Source: Raillietiella orientalis (taxonomy: Eukaryota). Taken from it: a stretch of DNA of 64,000 nucleotides. Under the pieces are notes generated by a model. The model was not told where the DNA came from. It saw only the letters and a list, made by a program, of their open reading frames with translations, and made no database searches. Position 1 is the stretch's first letter, and the number at the start of each line of letters is the position of its first letter. The stretch lies in assembly GCA_036172245.1 (NCBI GenBank), contig JAYWIR010000039.1:868001-932000 (forward strand), written 5' to 3'. The position numbers and the translations under genes were made by a program. Below are positions 12,552 through 25,899 of this stretch, in pieces.

Positions 12552-13888
12552 TTGATGTCGTATGTGATCATTTTACTGATCCTTTTTGTGTTGAAGGCAT
12601 CAAATGTAAAAGTACATTTTTTGCTTCCTACCTTTCTTGGGATTTTATTAATGCAGCAAACAAATGCCCAAAATCTGTTCATGTGCCTTTTGTGTATATC
12701 TTAAATTCTTAGGTTGATTCAGAAAAAGCAATTATTGTAATGTTGTTAGGTTTTAAATGCGAAAGTCCTGGTTAAAGTATTATTTGAATTCTATTCAACT
12801 CAATATGCTTATGTCATCTGCATTCAAATAGGAAATGTTTCAAAGTTGTCTTCAGAGCAATTTGAAATGCTCCAGTACAAGTCCAATTTCAACATTCTGT
12901 GGCATTTGGAAAGTTGTGCATTGTTTTTAGTTCATGATTGTGAAGACGATATCATGATTCATTTGATTAATTATGAACCCTGCACTAAAAACGGTAAACA
13001 ACTCTCCAAATGCCACAGAGTGTTGAGATTGGACTTTACTGGAGTGTTTCAATGTGGTATCATGAATATTTAGTTTTTTTAATCCACTCTTAACCTTCAA
13101 AAAGAAACATGACAGGGCTAAAAATGTAAATTTTTTTTTCAATGAAATTTACATTTTTAGACCTGTTATGTTCAAAATTTTGTATTTGCTTTTTTAAAAA
13201 TGAGTTACATGATCTCGAGTGATGTATTATTTCAATAAGTGAATTCACGGAGCATTCAAACTTCTAATCAGGCTCCATCTTCCCCAAAATTGGTTGACAT
13301 AATAAGAATATATATATATTTTTGCATTTCAATTTAGCTTACGCGATGAATGTACAAAAAATAAAAGTGTGTGTGTTCTTCAAGGCGTAAAATCACCTTC
13401 ATAGGTAAAAATGCATTTATTTTGAAAATCTTCCATTACCTAATTTGCAGTGGATTAAACAGGAAGCAAAAGCATTTTTTGGAAACGTTGAAATGAAATT
13501 AAGGACATTCAGTATTTAAGGTGCCTGCTTAAATCAGGGTTGAAGTGTTGTTGGTAATTGGAGATACTTTCCACATAGCTTCATAGCATGAAAATAGAAA
13601 ATTAATTTGCTCAGATTTTTGTTGCAGTCACACATATGTTGCATGTTTGATCAGGCTTAATCATTCATGGTTTTCCGAGAGTGAGAAATTACTAAGAATT
13701 TCTCAATACTTTAGTTTTGTTCACATAAAAGCAATCAGCTTTTGGGTGGTGGATGACCTTTGCCCTTATGGGAATTTTTAAAAAAAGCAATGAGGTTTGC
13801 TTCAACTCTGTCAACAGTGAGGAACGCCCAATGCATAACTTCGACATTAGGAGTTGCCTAAAAAACGTTTTTTATTTTTATCATAGCA

Positions 13889-14400
13889 GTGGTTCAGGCC
13901 CATTTCTTTAGTCACATTTCAGTGTTTTCCCACGGCAAATATTTGGGCAGCAGCAGAAGGTGCTTTCCGTTTTTTCGAACCGTTGAGGTCCACCGCGAAG
14001 CCGTGGAGGAGCCACATTTTAGGTGTGCGGCACTGAAAATGGAAAGTCTCCAAATGGAAAAAGGTCCCTTGGTCCATCGAGATCAAGACGATTTTCTGTG
14101 CGTTACCCATGGAAGTACACCAAGCTCAACGGAGCAGCATGCAAAAACCTTGCAGCATAATGGACCATTCCTCCGATTCTCGGAATGCTCAAGAAGTTTT
14201 CCCTTCCCCCCGACTGTGCTGACCGGATGAGAAGGTGCAGAAGAAAATCCACAATTTATTGGTCACTACTCGGATGAGAAACCGGAATTTGCTGCTGGGT
14301 GGAACGCTGATATCCACGTGGCAAACAGATTCATACAGAGTGCATGCTGCCTCCGCATGTAAAATGAGCTCGATTCAGAAAACAGGAAATAATACTTTTG
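13889..14400 (+). mobile_element. Highly decayed LINE ORF2 3' remnant
   Basis: 'DDFLCVTHGSTPS' resembles the W/F..HGxLP segment that precedes the C-terminal zinc finger; GC rises abruptly here. Confidence 0.3.
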
Positions 14401-14699
14401 TGGCAGATTAAAACCCCAATGCGAAAATCCTGGTTGAAATGTTTGAATTCTGTTTCAAAACGTCATCTGTTTTCCAGTATGGAATGCTTAAAATGCAAGT
14501 AAGCTTCCTCCTCCGTTTCCATACGGCGGAACGCCCATGCAGCTCCACTCAGGGGGAGGACTGATGAACACAAAGGGGAGAGCACACTGAATGGATACAG
14601 GAAACAGTGCATAAGGGAGGGTTGCCAGGTGGGAGAGGGTTGACGAGATGCACGCATTCCTAGCACTTGAGAATTCTCGCCCTACGTGGGCGGATTCAT

Positions 14700-15480
14700 A
14701 TCTGTCGGCTGAGTTCAGATGAAACCACTTGCTGGCACGTCGCACCATGGCAGTGGCCAGAAGAATGAGTTGCCTCTTCTCTGGGCGTGTGTCGCCACCA
14801 CGATGCCTCCAACGTAGCACACTACCCTCCTGGCCATGGAGGACTTTTGTGAAGGAATAAATGCATTACTAAGTCCAGTGGAGTGTCTGTCGGGTGCCAG
14901 AGGGTTGCAGCTAGCCTCCCCCATAACAGGAGGGCACCAGCAAGAGATGCAGATCGTTTCGATCCTACTGCGCCTTAGGCGGTTCGGGAAGCAGATTCCA
15001 CAGGTTCACTGATAACGCCGCTTGTCGGATGGGAATGTTCCCAGCTGCAAAAGCAGAGTGTGGGGAGAAGGAGACTTTCCCCCACCTCACAGTGCAGTGC
15101 GTCGCCCTCCGTGGGAACTTTCTTCCGCACCCCGTGGACAGTCCCAGAGACTCCTTGAGGCGCCTCTTCGTACGGGACGCCATGATGCCCGCAGCCGCAA
15201 TCGCAGCGCTGTGCTGCGTGCGCGGTGTCGTCGAGGCGAATTGCGACGCCGAGGGAGGCCGAAGCGATGGGGGGGCTGTCCTGCACGGTACGCCAGTCGC
15301 TCCCTGCAGATAGCTCTGAAGTGGCCCCACCTGGAAAGGGAGAAGTTGGACCTCGCCGACATCCTTCAACGGATGCAGAGGCCTCACCAGCCACGAAATG
15401 TGATCCCTTCCTTTCTTCCCAAGTAATTTTTTTGTTAATTTTTATTGTCTTTTATAGTTTGGTTTTTTTTTTCTAGTTTT
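14700..15480 (+). mobile_element. Tx1/L1-like LINE 3' end (Cys/His zf-RVT-like region), family A
   Basis: 'AECGEKETFPHLTVQCVALR...RRLFVRDAMMPAAAIAALCCV' is homologous to 45629-46153 and 58077-58637; T-rich tract follows. Confidence 0.7.
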
Positions 15481-16550
15481 GTTTCATCCGCCTTCTCCTT
15501 CGCGCACGTGATGGACCACTCCAGCCTCCTTCTAGTTTTAATGTAATAATTGAAATCGGTGAGCCTTTTGGATCCATCGATTCCTTCAAGAGAAATAAAC
15601 GCCCCGGCGCACCCGGGTGTGAAATCACTGCGCTTGTGGAGAGTCTTCTACGCAAGAGGACTGGCCGCAAAATGTCACAGACAGTGTCTTCCTGGTGCAG
15701 GAGCGCTGACGCCAACCTATTCCAATGTTTGTGGAGGTCACCTCAGTCGAAAATCAGGTGAGGGATTGATCCCCTTGACCCACACCTGCCACAGTTCGGG
15801 GATACAACTCCTCCGGAAATGAAGCTCAGGCGCTGCCTGCACTGGAAACCCCAGTCCAGAAACAACCGCACATTCTGTTTCCAACTTAGCGGGACACGAA
15901 AGTGTTCAGGCATAGGGGAGGAACCACCCCGTCGGGGGGCACACAACAGCTCACCCCACCGACGTAGTTCCTTTGCTGGGGGACAAGGATTGGCGCGTCC
16001 ACCAGCTCGCTCGTCGTCCGGCCGCCCGGGAGTTTGATGTTTCCTGCCAACGTAGCAGAACTCCCACGCCACCGGAACTCCCGCCCAGGCAACTGTCGCT
16101 CCTTGCCCTTAGGATAGACGCCGCCGCGGCAAGGGTTGTGGCATCCAGGGACAACCACTTAGTTCCACAGTGCTTCCTCCAGAGGATAGCCGAGATGTTG
16201 CAGGGAGCGAAATTCAACCGGACTGATTCGCAAGTACGCAGCCCAGGGAACAATCGCTTCTTGCTGCCAAGCATTGCATTTCAGAGGGTGGCAGGTTTCC
16301 CCGTATAGGCTTCCAGAAGGGAGGTGAGTTGTCTCAGCGGGAAGCCAAATCCCCGCATCCGATATCGGAAACGCGGCAGCAACGAGAGCACTGCATTCGT
16401 TGCCTCCTGGAGGAAGGAGACATTGACAGATCGGAACTCGACGCCCCATAAGAGCCTTGACCTGTTGGAGTACGACCTTTTGCCCTCTCTGGGGACCTCC
16501 GTGAATGCAAAAGAACGGCACGCTCTCTCTTGAGAAGGACATCTCCAAGG
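15480..16550 (-). mobile_element. Tx1/L1-like LINE 3' portion, family A
   Basis: 'KWLSLDATTLAAAASILRARSDSCL', 'PNCGRCGSRGSIPHLIFD', 'ASALLHQEDTVCDILR' match the 57.9-58.6 kb copy. Confidence 0.75.
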
Positions 16551-17599
16551 AGAGCATCGTGATCCGCACGCTACCCGACAGCAACAAGGAGGTTGCTACC
16601 GCCAACTCTTCAGCGAAAGCGAGGGAACACAGGGACAAAAGGGAAGGCCTTCCACTGGATCCGGCTTCCTCAACTTCCACGATCTCTGAAAGCATCGTCT
16701 CTCTCACCACTTAGCCTCCTGGGAACGATGAGGCTTCCATCTCGACTACCATAGAACAGTTCCTGCTGCAGAAGGAAACGTATTCTGCCCATGCAGTCGA
16801 ACCCCGAGGAGGAACTACAGATAGCGGTTCAACAACAGCGGAGGGTTGCAACGAATACTACTATGAGACGGTGAAGACGCGAGAAGCAGGAATTGAAAAT
16901 CGTCTCGCAGACGAAGATGCCATCAGGAAGGCGGTTGAGGACACAGCATGAAAGTCTTCGTTTTTGCATGCTTAGCGTGTTCACACACCACAAAGATGGT
17001 GTAGTTCACAAAAGTTCCTCTAACCCGGTTCCCGTTTTTTTTCAAAAAATTAAGAGCACTGAGCACGGTTCTTTGATCTTTGATCAGCCACTCCCTACCC
17101 GCTGTATCTTACTTTCTATACACACTTGTTTATCTTAATATACTGACGAATACATGTTTAAATATATACAAACTTGGCACAACTGAGATTCTTTCGATTA
17201 TCCGCTGAAGCCTTCCGGAGAGAGAAAAACAGCTGCGGGCTCGTCGGTTTGTTCTTATCTGACTCGCTAGCAGCTGGAGTCCCTTGAGCGTTGCCCGCTT
17301 AGCTAAGGTCTACATGATAACGCAGCTTCCGAGCGGCTCTCAAGAGAAAAGTGAACTAGTAGCGTGGTATCAAAGATTGTACGGGTAAGAATGGCATTTG
17401 CTTTGGCTTGTCTTGTTTATTATATCGGATTCAAGGTTAAGGCGAGGAATTCACAGTGAATTTTGAAAGCAAGAAGTGGAGATTACGTTTCGTTCCCTCG
17501 ACTGGATGTGAGAAATGCATCTCCTTAGACAGCCGATTACTTGGAAAGCAATAGAATCTGAAAATGAAGGAAACTTATGCAGGGGATGGCAGCATGATT

Positions 17600-18350
17600 T
17601 TCAAAGTGATGGTAAAAGATTTGCGATCTTGATACTGAGGTTAGAATAAGAGGTTAGATAAGAGGTTAGAATACACTTGCAACAGCTTTTTGTTAGAACA
17701 AAAAACTCACATTTTTGAGGGTGGATCGGCGTAGGCCACATTGGTTTTGATCCAAAGATCAAAGCAATGTAAAAACTCTGAAGGAACCTCCTTACCACGA
17801 AAGGATTCAGAATTAAAGAAAGCAGAATTAAAGAAAGCCTTACCCTGAAAGCAGAATTTCGATCGAAAGAAGATTGTGGTATATGTTGATGATAATTCGA
17901 GAGCTACAGGAATTGAGGTGGTACATTCCTATGGCATGAGAACGACGATCTTCTGGTCGATCGGCAGACTGTAAGTAGAGTGCAGAGGGATCAATAAGCT
18001 TGGTATAGGCATGACGTAGTCTGTAGGGATGGCCTAAAGAGCTTTAGGAAAGGCTATTATGAGCTAATAAGTGTAATCAATTGAGTTACGAACAGTACGG
18101 AATTGGAAATGATAGTAAGGACGTGGGTGGTGTATCCGAGGGATTAGGGCCAATAAAGGGGTTAAAGGGATTGATAAGTTTGTCATTTGAGAAGGAGGAT
18201 GTATGGAATATCAGCGTCAGCAGAGATGAGACATAGAAGGGATGGGTGCATTGGTGCCGTTTCTGTGGCTCGAGTGGTTTCTTATGAGGGGTAGGCATAT
18301 GATGGTTGTTGTGCCAGGGGTGTGTCTTCAGGAAAAGGTATGAATTGGAA
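17600..18350 (-). mobile_element. Very decayed LINE RT remnant (possibly a different clade)
   Basis: 'DQNQCGLRRSTL' resembles the QxGFRxxRST motif; otherwise stop-ridden. Confidence 0.3.
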
Positions 18351-18449
18351 TTGAAGAGGAGATGAGGACAAAGACATAAGATTCACCTGTTAATCTAGTC
18401 TCTGTGACTGACGACTGTCCAGAGGGGTTCAAAACGGCGGCGAGGGGGG

Positions 18450-19950
18450 ACTTCTAAGAGTTGTAAATTCGTTTATGGTGCTGTCTCAGATGTGGACTAT
18501 ATCTCTTCAAATGCTCTTGGGAGCTGCTTGCGGTGAACACATCTGACGCATCCGGACAGCTTTTATCGTGGTTCAGCTGAATTCCACTGGACTGCCAAGT
18601 TTCCTGGAAACTCAAATATTAGAAGACAACGGGAGAGTTTTCGGTGCTCGTGAGCTCACTTAAAGACCTAAAAGTTTCGGAGGAATACGGGGTCAGCACA
18701 GAGAGAAAGAGAGACGTGAAGGATAGAAGCCGCCATGCTGGATGAAGGAAAGAACTGCAACTGAGCCCCCTCTTGCTTCATCGGGATTGAGCACAGATTC
18801 GTAATGGCTAATTTATGCCTGGGTTATCAATAATTAAAGATATCTTAATAAAGAGTTCCTCAAACATATATCGCATCACAAGAATTTCATTATTGATGTT
18901 AGCCTGCTGGAACTTGGAAGCTGTTCTTCAGCAAAAGTGGTCAAAAGTTACAATTCATCGATAGATGAGCCTTGAGAATTTCGACCAATACTGCAACATT
19001 CTATAGACAAGAGGTCACCTCGAAGTGGCACAGCTTTGCCACATCAGACTAATGTGCAGAACACTTGACACCATACCGATGTTAGCCAACAGTCGACCTT
19101 GGGTGAAATCCTCTTAGATTTAGCATTCTTGCTGAAGACCTCATTTACACAGAAACGTACAGGGTCATGCGAATATCCTGCCAAATAAAAGAACGAACTG
19201 TCCTTCGGAAGCAAAGTATTCGCCTATTCTACCTCGGAGTTCGCGAGCCCAGCCTGCCAGATCGACTGCAGCAACCAGATCTTCGGCATCCACTGTACCA
19301 CTCTAACATTCAAGTGAAACTTATGGGAGTCATATCCGGAGTTCGCAATGAAATGAAATCAGCATTGAGTTATGAAATGAATTTAATGATGAAGATTGAA
19401 ATTCGTCCCCCTCTCATCATTCTTTTATTGAGTAACATGTGATCCCATACTTTATAACTCGGAACCCGCAACCAACAGTTATTTCATCTCATCCAGAATG
19501 CTACGATGGGAGGAGCCACTATTAGTGCTGGTAGAGGAAACCGTAGCTGAGTGTGGTCAACATTTTTCAGGAAAAAACAAGAGCTCTGCCGGCAGGAATC
19601 CAGGTCTCTTCCTCTCGCTAATTGATCTTCAGAGAAGATCTATAGGAATTCATTGGAGCAGAGGGAAAAGCAAAACGGCTTGAAGATTTAATGCCAGTGA
19701 GAATGCCTTGTGGTGGTGAGAGGGCAGGTGATACTCCTGTTCTGGGCAACTAGGGTGATTCCATCGGATTCGAAATGCGAACGTCCATGTGAACCAGACA
19801 CCAGAGTTTCTCCTCCTCCCTGGCCACCATGATGAATCGAAGATAAGAACCAACCAGTGTACTTCTTATTTTCCTTCCCGAACTGGAGGAAGGCAAAACA
19901 GATCATCTTTGCCTCCGCGGTCGGAAATCGCAGCAGCGTGACCATCAGGC
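18450..19950 (-). mobile_element. Decayed LINE ORF1 plus endonuclease remnant
   Basis: 'VTLLRFPTAEAKMICFAFLQFGK' (ORF1-like), then 'SARMLNLRGF' (resembles SxNVRGL) and 'LAITNL' in the expected order. Confidence 0.35.
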
Positions 19951-19959
19951 AGCCCGAAG

Positions 19960-20480
19960 GTCATGCAGCACTCCGTCGACCCTGGGCTCCACGGAATGGC
20001 CGGCATTTGCGGAGGCGTGCAGCCTCACCCCTCCTTCCTTCGGGCACACGTGGATGCTAGAACCGCCTCGCGCCGTCGGCTCGCCCGCGACTACTCGCGG
20101 GGGTCTCTCAGCTCCGGTCCTTTTCCGCGGATGCTGCCGGGGGGAAAGGAGCGCGTGGCATCCGGAGCCCATGCGCACAGCTGCCTCTCCGCGGGGAGTT
20201 TTGCGAACGCCGAAGCTGCGTCGGCCGCTGAGACGGCTGCAGATGGGAGACGTGCGCTCTGCGGACTTGCTGCAGCCCCGCCTAGCAGCAGCAGCAGAAG
20301 AAGAAGAAGCGGCGAGAGTTCTCCAAAGTCTTGCTGCCCCGGCCGACCCACCCACTTCGCCCCTTGGGCGTGCCGTCTCGCGAGACGGCACGCCGAGGGC
20401 AGACTGCGTTCTCCAAGAATACCCGGGGAATTCGGCATGATTGTCCCGCGGAGGAGACGCTTTCTTGGCTTCGGATCTGT
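19960..20480 (+). mobile_element. Decayed family-A LINE 3' remnant
   Basis: Weak similarity to the zf region of the other copies; GC-rich with a pyrimidine tract after it. Confidence 0.4.
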
Positions 20481-21219
20481 TCCCTTTTTTCCCCTCCCTC
20501 CTTCCCCACCGAAACAGATGCACCCGCTCCTCCCGCGAAATCCTCCCCGTGGAACTGGTTTCTTTCGTTTCAGGGAAGCGCTCCTTCGACAACGGGAACG
20601 AGATCACTCCCGTTCGGATAGAAGAGGGGCCTTCTGAAGCGATGGTCCACGGATCTTTTAAATCTGCGAAAACGGGTAGAAATTCTATTGGGCGCGAAGA
20701 ATCTCAAGATGGAATCCAAGAAATTTCCAATCATTGTATTCAATCAAATAAAAATCGTTGTATTTCTTTGGGGGGGAGGGGAGGATGACGACTGGATATC
20801 ACGAGCAGCAATAGCACGTCCTAGTCGTTTGAATAGTTCCGAACATATATATATATATTTTTTCAGAAGGAAGCAATCTTTACCCTCAGGTTGCCTGCGT
20901 TTTGCCACACCCCAAGGGGGAGATTGGTATTCCACCGCTTTGCGGCATCCCTCGCATAAAATAGAAAAAAGATTCGATGCGAATCTTTTTCCTTTCACGC
21001 TGAGTGCACTTTTCACGTCAGTCAGTTCGGTAAGCTCTGATTGGATACCCTTTAATCAGCAGCATAGGGATTTTGGCCGACACCGGATTCATTTTGCTCA
21101 ATCCCGAAAGTCATCGTCATCGAACTCAGGGGGAGGTCACGTGCGTGCGTAACCTCCCCTTCTTTGAATCGAACGAATCTGAGTAAAGGGAGCCAACCCC
21201 GATCTAGACGAAGAGATCC

Positions 21220-21545
21220 CTAGATCTTGAGGAACCAGATGCCTCCTCCGAAGAGCAGCGATTTCACCTCAAACGCTTTCCCGTGAGTACGTGACCAGGA
21301 AACGCGCCGCTGCTCCGTGATTCCAGTTTCAGATTCCTCACGAACTTGTCCACTAGAGGTGGCACAGACCTCTTTTTCCTTTTCGGTGACGACAGTCTCC
21401 ACAAGGCCTGCGGGTTGCGCGCCCCACCTCCATCAACGCTTTGAAAACTGTCTACAGCAAGGGGTATACGTCATCTCCGTCATGTCCCACTCGTCCGCAT
21501 TAAACGCACTGTGGAAACTGGCTAGGTGCATGGGGTTCGTCAAGG
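21220..21545 (-). mobile_element. Possible LTR-retrotransposon gag knuckle / protease sliver
   Basis: 'QCV*CGRVGHDGDD' knuckle-like, followed by 'GQVREESETG..RVS', loosely like the LLDTGA protease motif. Confidence 0.25.
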
Positions 21546-22089
21546 TTGTTCCATGAGAGATGTGTTGAATATGTGAAAGAGGGAATGAAACTAAATGAAC
21601 CGTGTGTGATTTTAGCGGCTGCAGCATACACGGCGTGCTACGGGATGCGGAGTGCCATCTATCAGCGAACTAAACTATTAAGCCGATTGAAACATCCCTC
21701 TGTACGTTTTAATTAGGCATACGAAGACCTCAACTGGTGCAAGCACTTGTGTGCTTATAATTTACACTAGAATCATCTGATATGTGCTAGTTTCATCTGA
21801 GAATACGATATCTGGAGACGATTAGGCAATGAAGCGAGCCATACATAACGAAAGGTATGTATATATAAACAGCAAGAAAAAAAAAGGATGGAAACCTTGT
21901 TTGATGAGGTACCATTGCGTTTACAGATGAACAGACTGTTTACGGGTAAAATGTGCAGCTTCCGAAATTCAGCCTTGAAAGAATATTACGCCCCTCCTTC
22001 TTAGACCATGCACTTACTAGCAGCTGAGGATGTTGCGTGAACTTACCTATAAACTGAGGTGTTTGTGTTGTAACTGAGGCATTATGTAA

Positions 22090-22397
22090 ATGCTTCAACG
22101 ATATTACACACGTTCTCAAGCAAAAGGCGTTGATCCATAACAGTGCAGGTAATCCTTAGCCGAATTCTTCCTTTCTCGGTGCTCACTTCGCAGGATCGAG
22201 AACTCATCCAGGATGCGGCGATTTCTGGATCCGAAAGAAAAAAAGCAAAGGATCTCAACGAATCGTTGCTGACAGCTCGATGTAATGGATCCATTAGATA
22301 TGCTTCTTTAAGAGCACTTGATTTAAGTACAAAAGCGATATGTGTTGAGGAGGACGGTTATCTGTGTTCAATCCATTGGAAAAGTGTCTTTTATTAG
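22090..22397 (+). pseudogene. Possible CARD/death-fold domain fragment
   Basis: 'VQVILSRILPFSVLTSQDRELIQDAAISGSERKKAKDLNESL...SLRAL' follows the CARD pattern VLT..D.E.I......R..KA..L...L; upstream part is in another frame. Confidence 0.3.
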
Positions 22398-22649
22398 AAG
22401 CGGTGAGAAACACGTGTCGGTTTAGAAAACCCTCAAGACGAGCCATCCACGTTCAATCTTCTCAGAGATGCTCAGAGGGGGAGAGAGAGAGAGAGAGAGG
22501 GGAAAAAAGGAATTAATTACATCATTATTGTGCTACCTTATACTCCTTTTTTTTCTTGCGCACATTCAAATTCTCCCCTTGGTACTTTTAACGTTGCATC
22601 TGCATGCGTGTTCGCGAGCTCTTAGCATCTTTGATCGAGTCCGAGTTCC

Positions 22650-22900
22650 TGACGACAGAATGCATCACAAATGCCTAATCATTCGGGAGGGCACCGAAAA
22701 ATCCCCGAAGAATCTGCGACTGCAGCGGAATCGAAGGGCTTTTCCGATGCAGCGCATTTGCTACATAATTTTTCGGATGGTTCCTTACACTTTGGTAGAG
22801 GATTTGAAAGCGACACTCGAACAGACAGTAACCTGAAAAACAACCGAGTTAAGAGGGCAGTTGCTCCAGCAGACAGGCTCGCGATTCTCAACTTCGCAGG
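22650..22900 (+). mobile_element. PIF/Harbinger transposase N-terminal fragment
   Basis: 'IIFRMVPYTLVEDLKATLEQ' then, after a frameshift, 'RVKRAVAPADRLAILNF' resembles YFRM..F..L...L.K....R.AI.P..RLAITLRFL. Confidence 0.5.
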
Positions 22901-23565
22901 GAAGGAGAGTCTGCCTTGGTCCCTGGTAAGCCCGACGGCGTCGCCATTTTTGTATTCCAGTGGTGTCGCACGTCTCACGCCCTCTTTTCCGATGTTCATC
23001 CTTTTTAGCGGACACCTATGCGTCCTTCTTCGATCTGCTGCACCTGAGGTTCCATAATGACAGAGTCTTCTACGAATCATTTGTTTCTGCTTCCTCTCCT
23101 GTAAATGCTCCCTTGAGACGAGAATTCCTTCCAGTTATAATTGCAACAAAAAATAGAAAAATCCGCTAATCATCTAATTACCTTGAAATACAAAGCATCG
23201 GAGCACCACGATCGCGTCTCACGCATGTCAGATTGCACGGAACCGAAGGTCGATTTTCTGTTGTCATAGATGCATAACAAACGCCTTAATGAGCCCAATT
23301 TTGCAACTTTATCGGGTGGACACGTTAGATCTCGTAACTTTGACTACGGAGACACGCGGAGGCCTTTTCCGAGTTTCTGAGGTCTAAACAAATTCTTAGA
23401 CGCCATTCCTCCTTCGAAACATTCATACAAAACAACACACTGTACAACAGTAGAATGCTGAAGCACATCTTCATAGTCAATCGCGTCTCACCATATAAGG
23501 AGTACGTATGATTGGGTTTTCCTTGTGGCTCTTACTTCAAGCCGTACTGAAGACACAATGGTCCA

Positions 23566-24356
23566 AAATTATTGGGAATCAGATCGTTAAAAAGTAGAAA
23601 AAAAGGAAAGCACGGAATAGATACTTTTTGTTTCCATTATATTTATTGGGAACGGGATCCATCGGACTGTGTGCGCTGCTTCGCGCGGGATTCGAACTTG
23701 CCAATGGCGCTGGCGTAGTCCTTTTCAGGTCGGTCACTGCTGCCTGGATGTCATTCGCGAGGTCGAAGAGGGTCCTTTCCGGGAACAGCAAACGGTCGGG
23801 AGGAGACCAATCCGGCGGGTGCGGGGGACGGTCCAGCGTCCAGATCCTCTTGTGCGCCAACGAAACTCGCGTGCCTCTTCGTCTCTGGCGGCAGGGAACG
23901 CCGGGCGCGGCCTCCATTTTCCTCCAAGTCTTCGCGCCAGGCGCGCGGCCCCACGGTTTTGGGTGGGCCGAGGGTCCCCGCTACCACTAGGGAGGTGAGT
24001 CGCCGGTCCTGTTCTTCAGCAGATCTGCAACGGCGGCGCATCGTTGGTGGTTCTTGTCGTGAACTGGGCGACCGCTGCTTTCGTCGTCTTCCATCTGGAA
24101 GCCGCGCCGTGCCGCCCGAAAGTGCCTGAAGGATCCGCGGCTTCCTCCCTGCGAGCCTATTGAGTCGGCGGCACCGCGCCCGAAGCCGATGATGCAGACT
24201 TCTTCTTCTTCACTCACACTACCACCTTCTTCCTTCACGATTCCTTTTTCTTGAGAAAACAGCGAAACACGCCGTCGCGCCGCTTTGTATACTATTTAGG
24301 GAAGGTATATCGTCCCGCTGCGTGCCGGTAGATGGCACGACCAGTGAGGCCGTAAA
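23566..24356 (-). repeat. Left arm of ~790-bp long inverted repeat
   Basis: Reverse complement of 34919-35709; mirrored ORFs in the track (23987-24238 vs 35037-35288); paired coordinates sum to 59275 at both ends, so no net indels. Confidence 0.97.
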
Positions 24357-25899
24357 CGTATGGAGCCAACTCAGTTCCCTTGAGTGTACCGTATGAGAGT
24401 GCTGGTCCAAACGCTCAGAGCTTTAAGTCTTCAGAATGAAAAACCGGAATCGAAATCATTCGATGGTCTGAAACGGCATCCTCTTTCCACCGCACAACCT
24501 CCCTCTATGCATCCTCTATGCGACTGAGGGTCGCGTTCGTCGATTCCTCGTTGAACAACCAATGTTTGAATCTTGTTGTGAGTTTGTAATATTCCCACCT
24601 TGAATTTTGTCCCGTTTTAGTGAGAGATGTGGATTCCCATGATCTGTAGGCATGCAGACCAGAAAAGAGAGATGGAAAACAAAGAATTCGAAGAAGACCT
24701 GTTGAAGTGAGTCGATAAATTCGCCATTGCTCCGACTCTGCCCGTCTTCTGGATTCCCCGCCAAACACACGGTCGACTTCCCCGTGTCAAATTCTTGGGA
24801 ACTGTTTGCGGGCACGCATCCTCGCCTATCCAGTGTTCTCTTCGGCACGGGAACGTACGGAGAGAGTGATCCGTGCATCTGTGAGTCCCAAGCTCGTTCC
24901 AGGACGTCCCGTGGGCTGCGTCCGCTTTTTCGTTTCTCGAAGCGTTCTTTTCGGCCTCACTTCGCAGGGATGAAAATCCGGACCGTAAAAGAGGCCCGAG
25001 GCTGTTGTTTCATGCCCGGAAAAAGTAAGACGCGGGCTGGAGTTTGCTTGATCCCAAAGCCGCCCAGTTAAAATTGGGCGGAAAACGGAGGATCGCGGAG
25101 TTTGCTCGCAGAGCAACAGCAACGGAAAAAGAAAAGAACCACGCCATGTTTTCTGGAAAGATCCGGCGCAACCAAAGAGGAAAGAACAATTCGCTCGACC
25201 GGGCTCTGCACGATCATCCGGTTGCTCCCGCTGCGAAACCTGTTGCCGTGCAAACGGAATCCCCCCGGTCAGGGCAGATCGGGCCCCCTCTGGAGGAATG
25301 TGGATGCTTTACAGGCCCAACCTGGTGCACAAGCAAAGAAAGTCAGTGCAATAGCGAACTGCGCGCCGTGTAATTATTCCAATAATTGCCCTCTGCGTTG
25401 ATTACAGATGTGCGTGACCGTTTCGAGTTGGTGTTTTAATTCCATGTGATAGGTGGAACAATTCCCTAACCATAGGAAACTGTCCTCCGTGCAATCGTAG
25501 TAAATCTCCAGTCCTTCGACGGTTTGCAAATCATGGAACACTAGGACTTGGAGAAGATAACTCGGTAGCTGCAATTTGCCTGAGTCTGCATCATCGGTGC
25601 GAAATGAAGATATGTTACCTTACATCCAATCTCATATCCCGCGTCTCATCCTCAACGCTCAATGAGATCCAATAAGCTGTCGCTGACAAGGTGCAGTCAT
25701 AAAATAATGAGATAGTGCTGCTGAAGCTGGAGACGTTGTTTAGCAACGCGGAAGATCGGGATTAACCGGTCAATTGCCGTTCGGAACGTAAGACGCAGGT
25801 TCGCGTCCTCAGCATTCTCCAAAGCTCCTCGGGAGCGCAAGCGGCCGCTGGAGGCGGTTCCCTGCTCCTGAAAACTGAAAGATGGGACAGTGGATGAAA

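Noticed and set aside
17636..17840. Short tandem repeats (gaggttagaataa x3, cagaattaaagaaag x2; similar at 30490-30630) as CRISPR-like arrays
   Set aside because: Only 2-3 units without unique spacers; slippage duplications.
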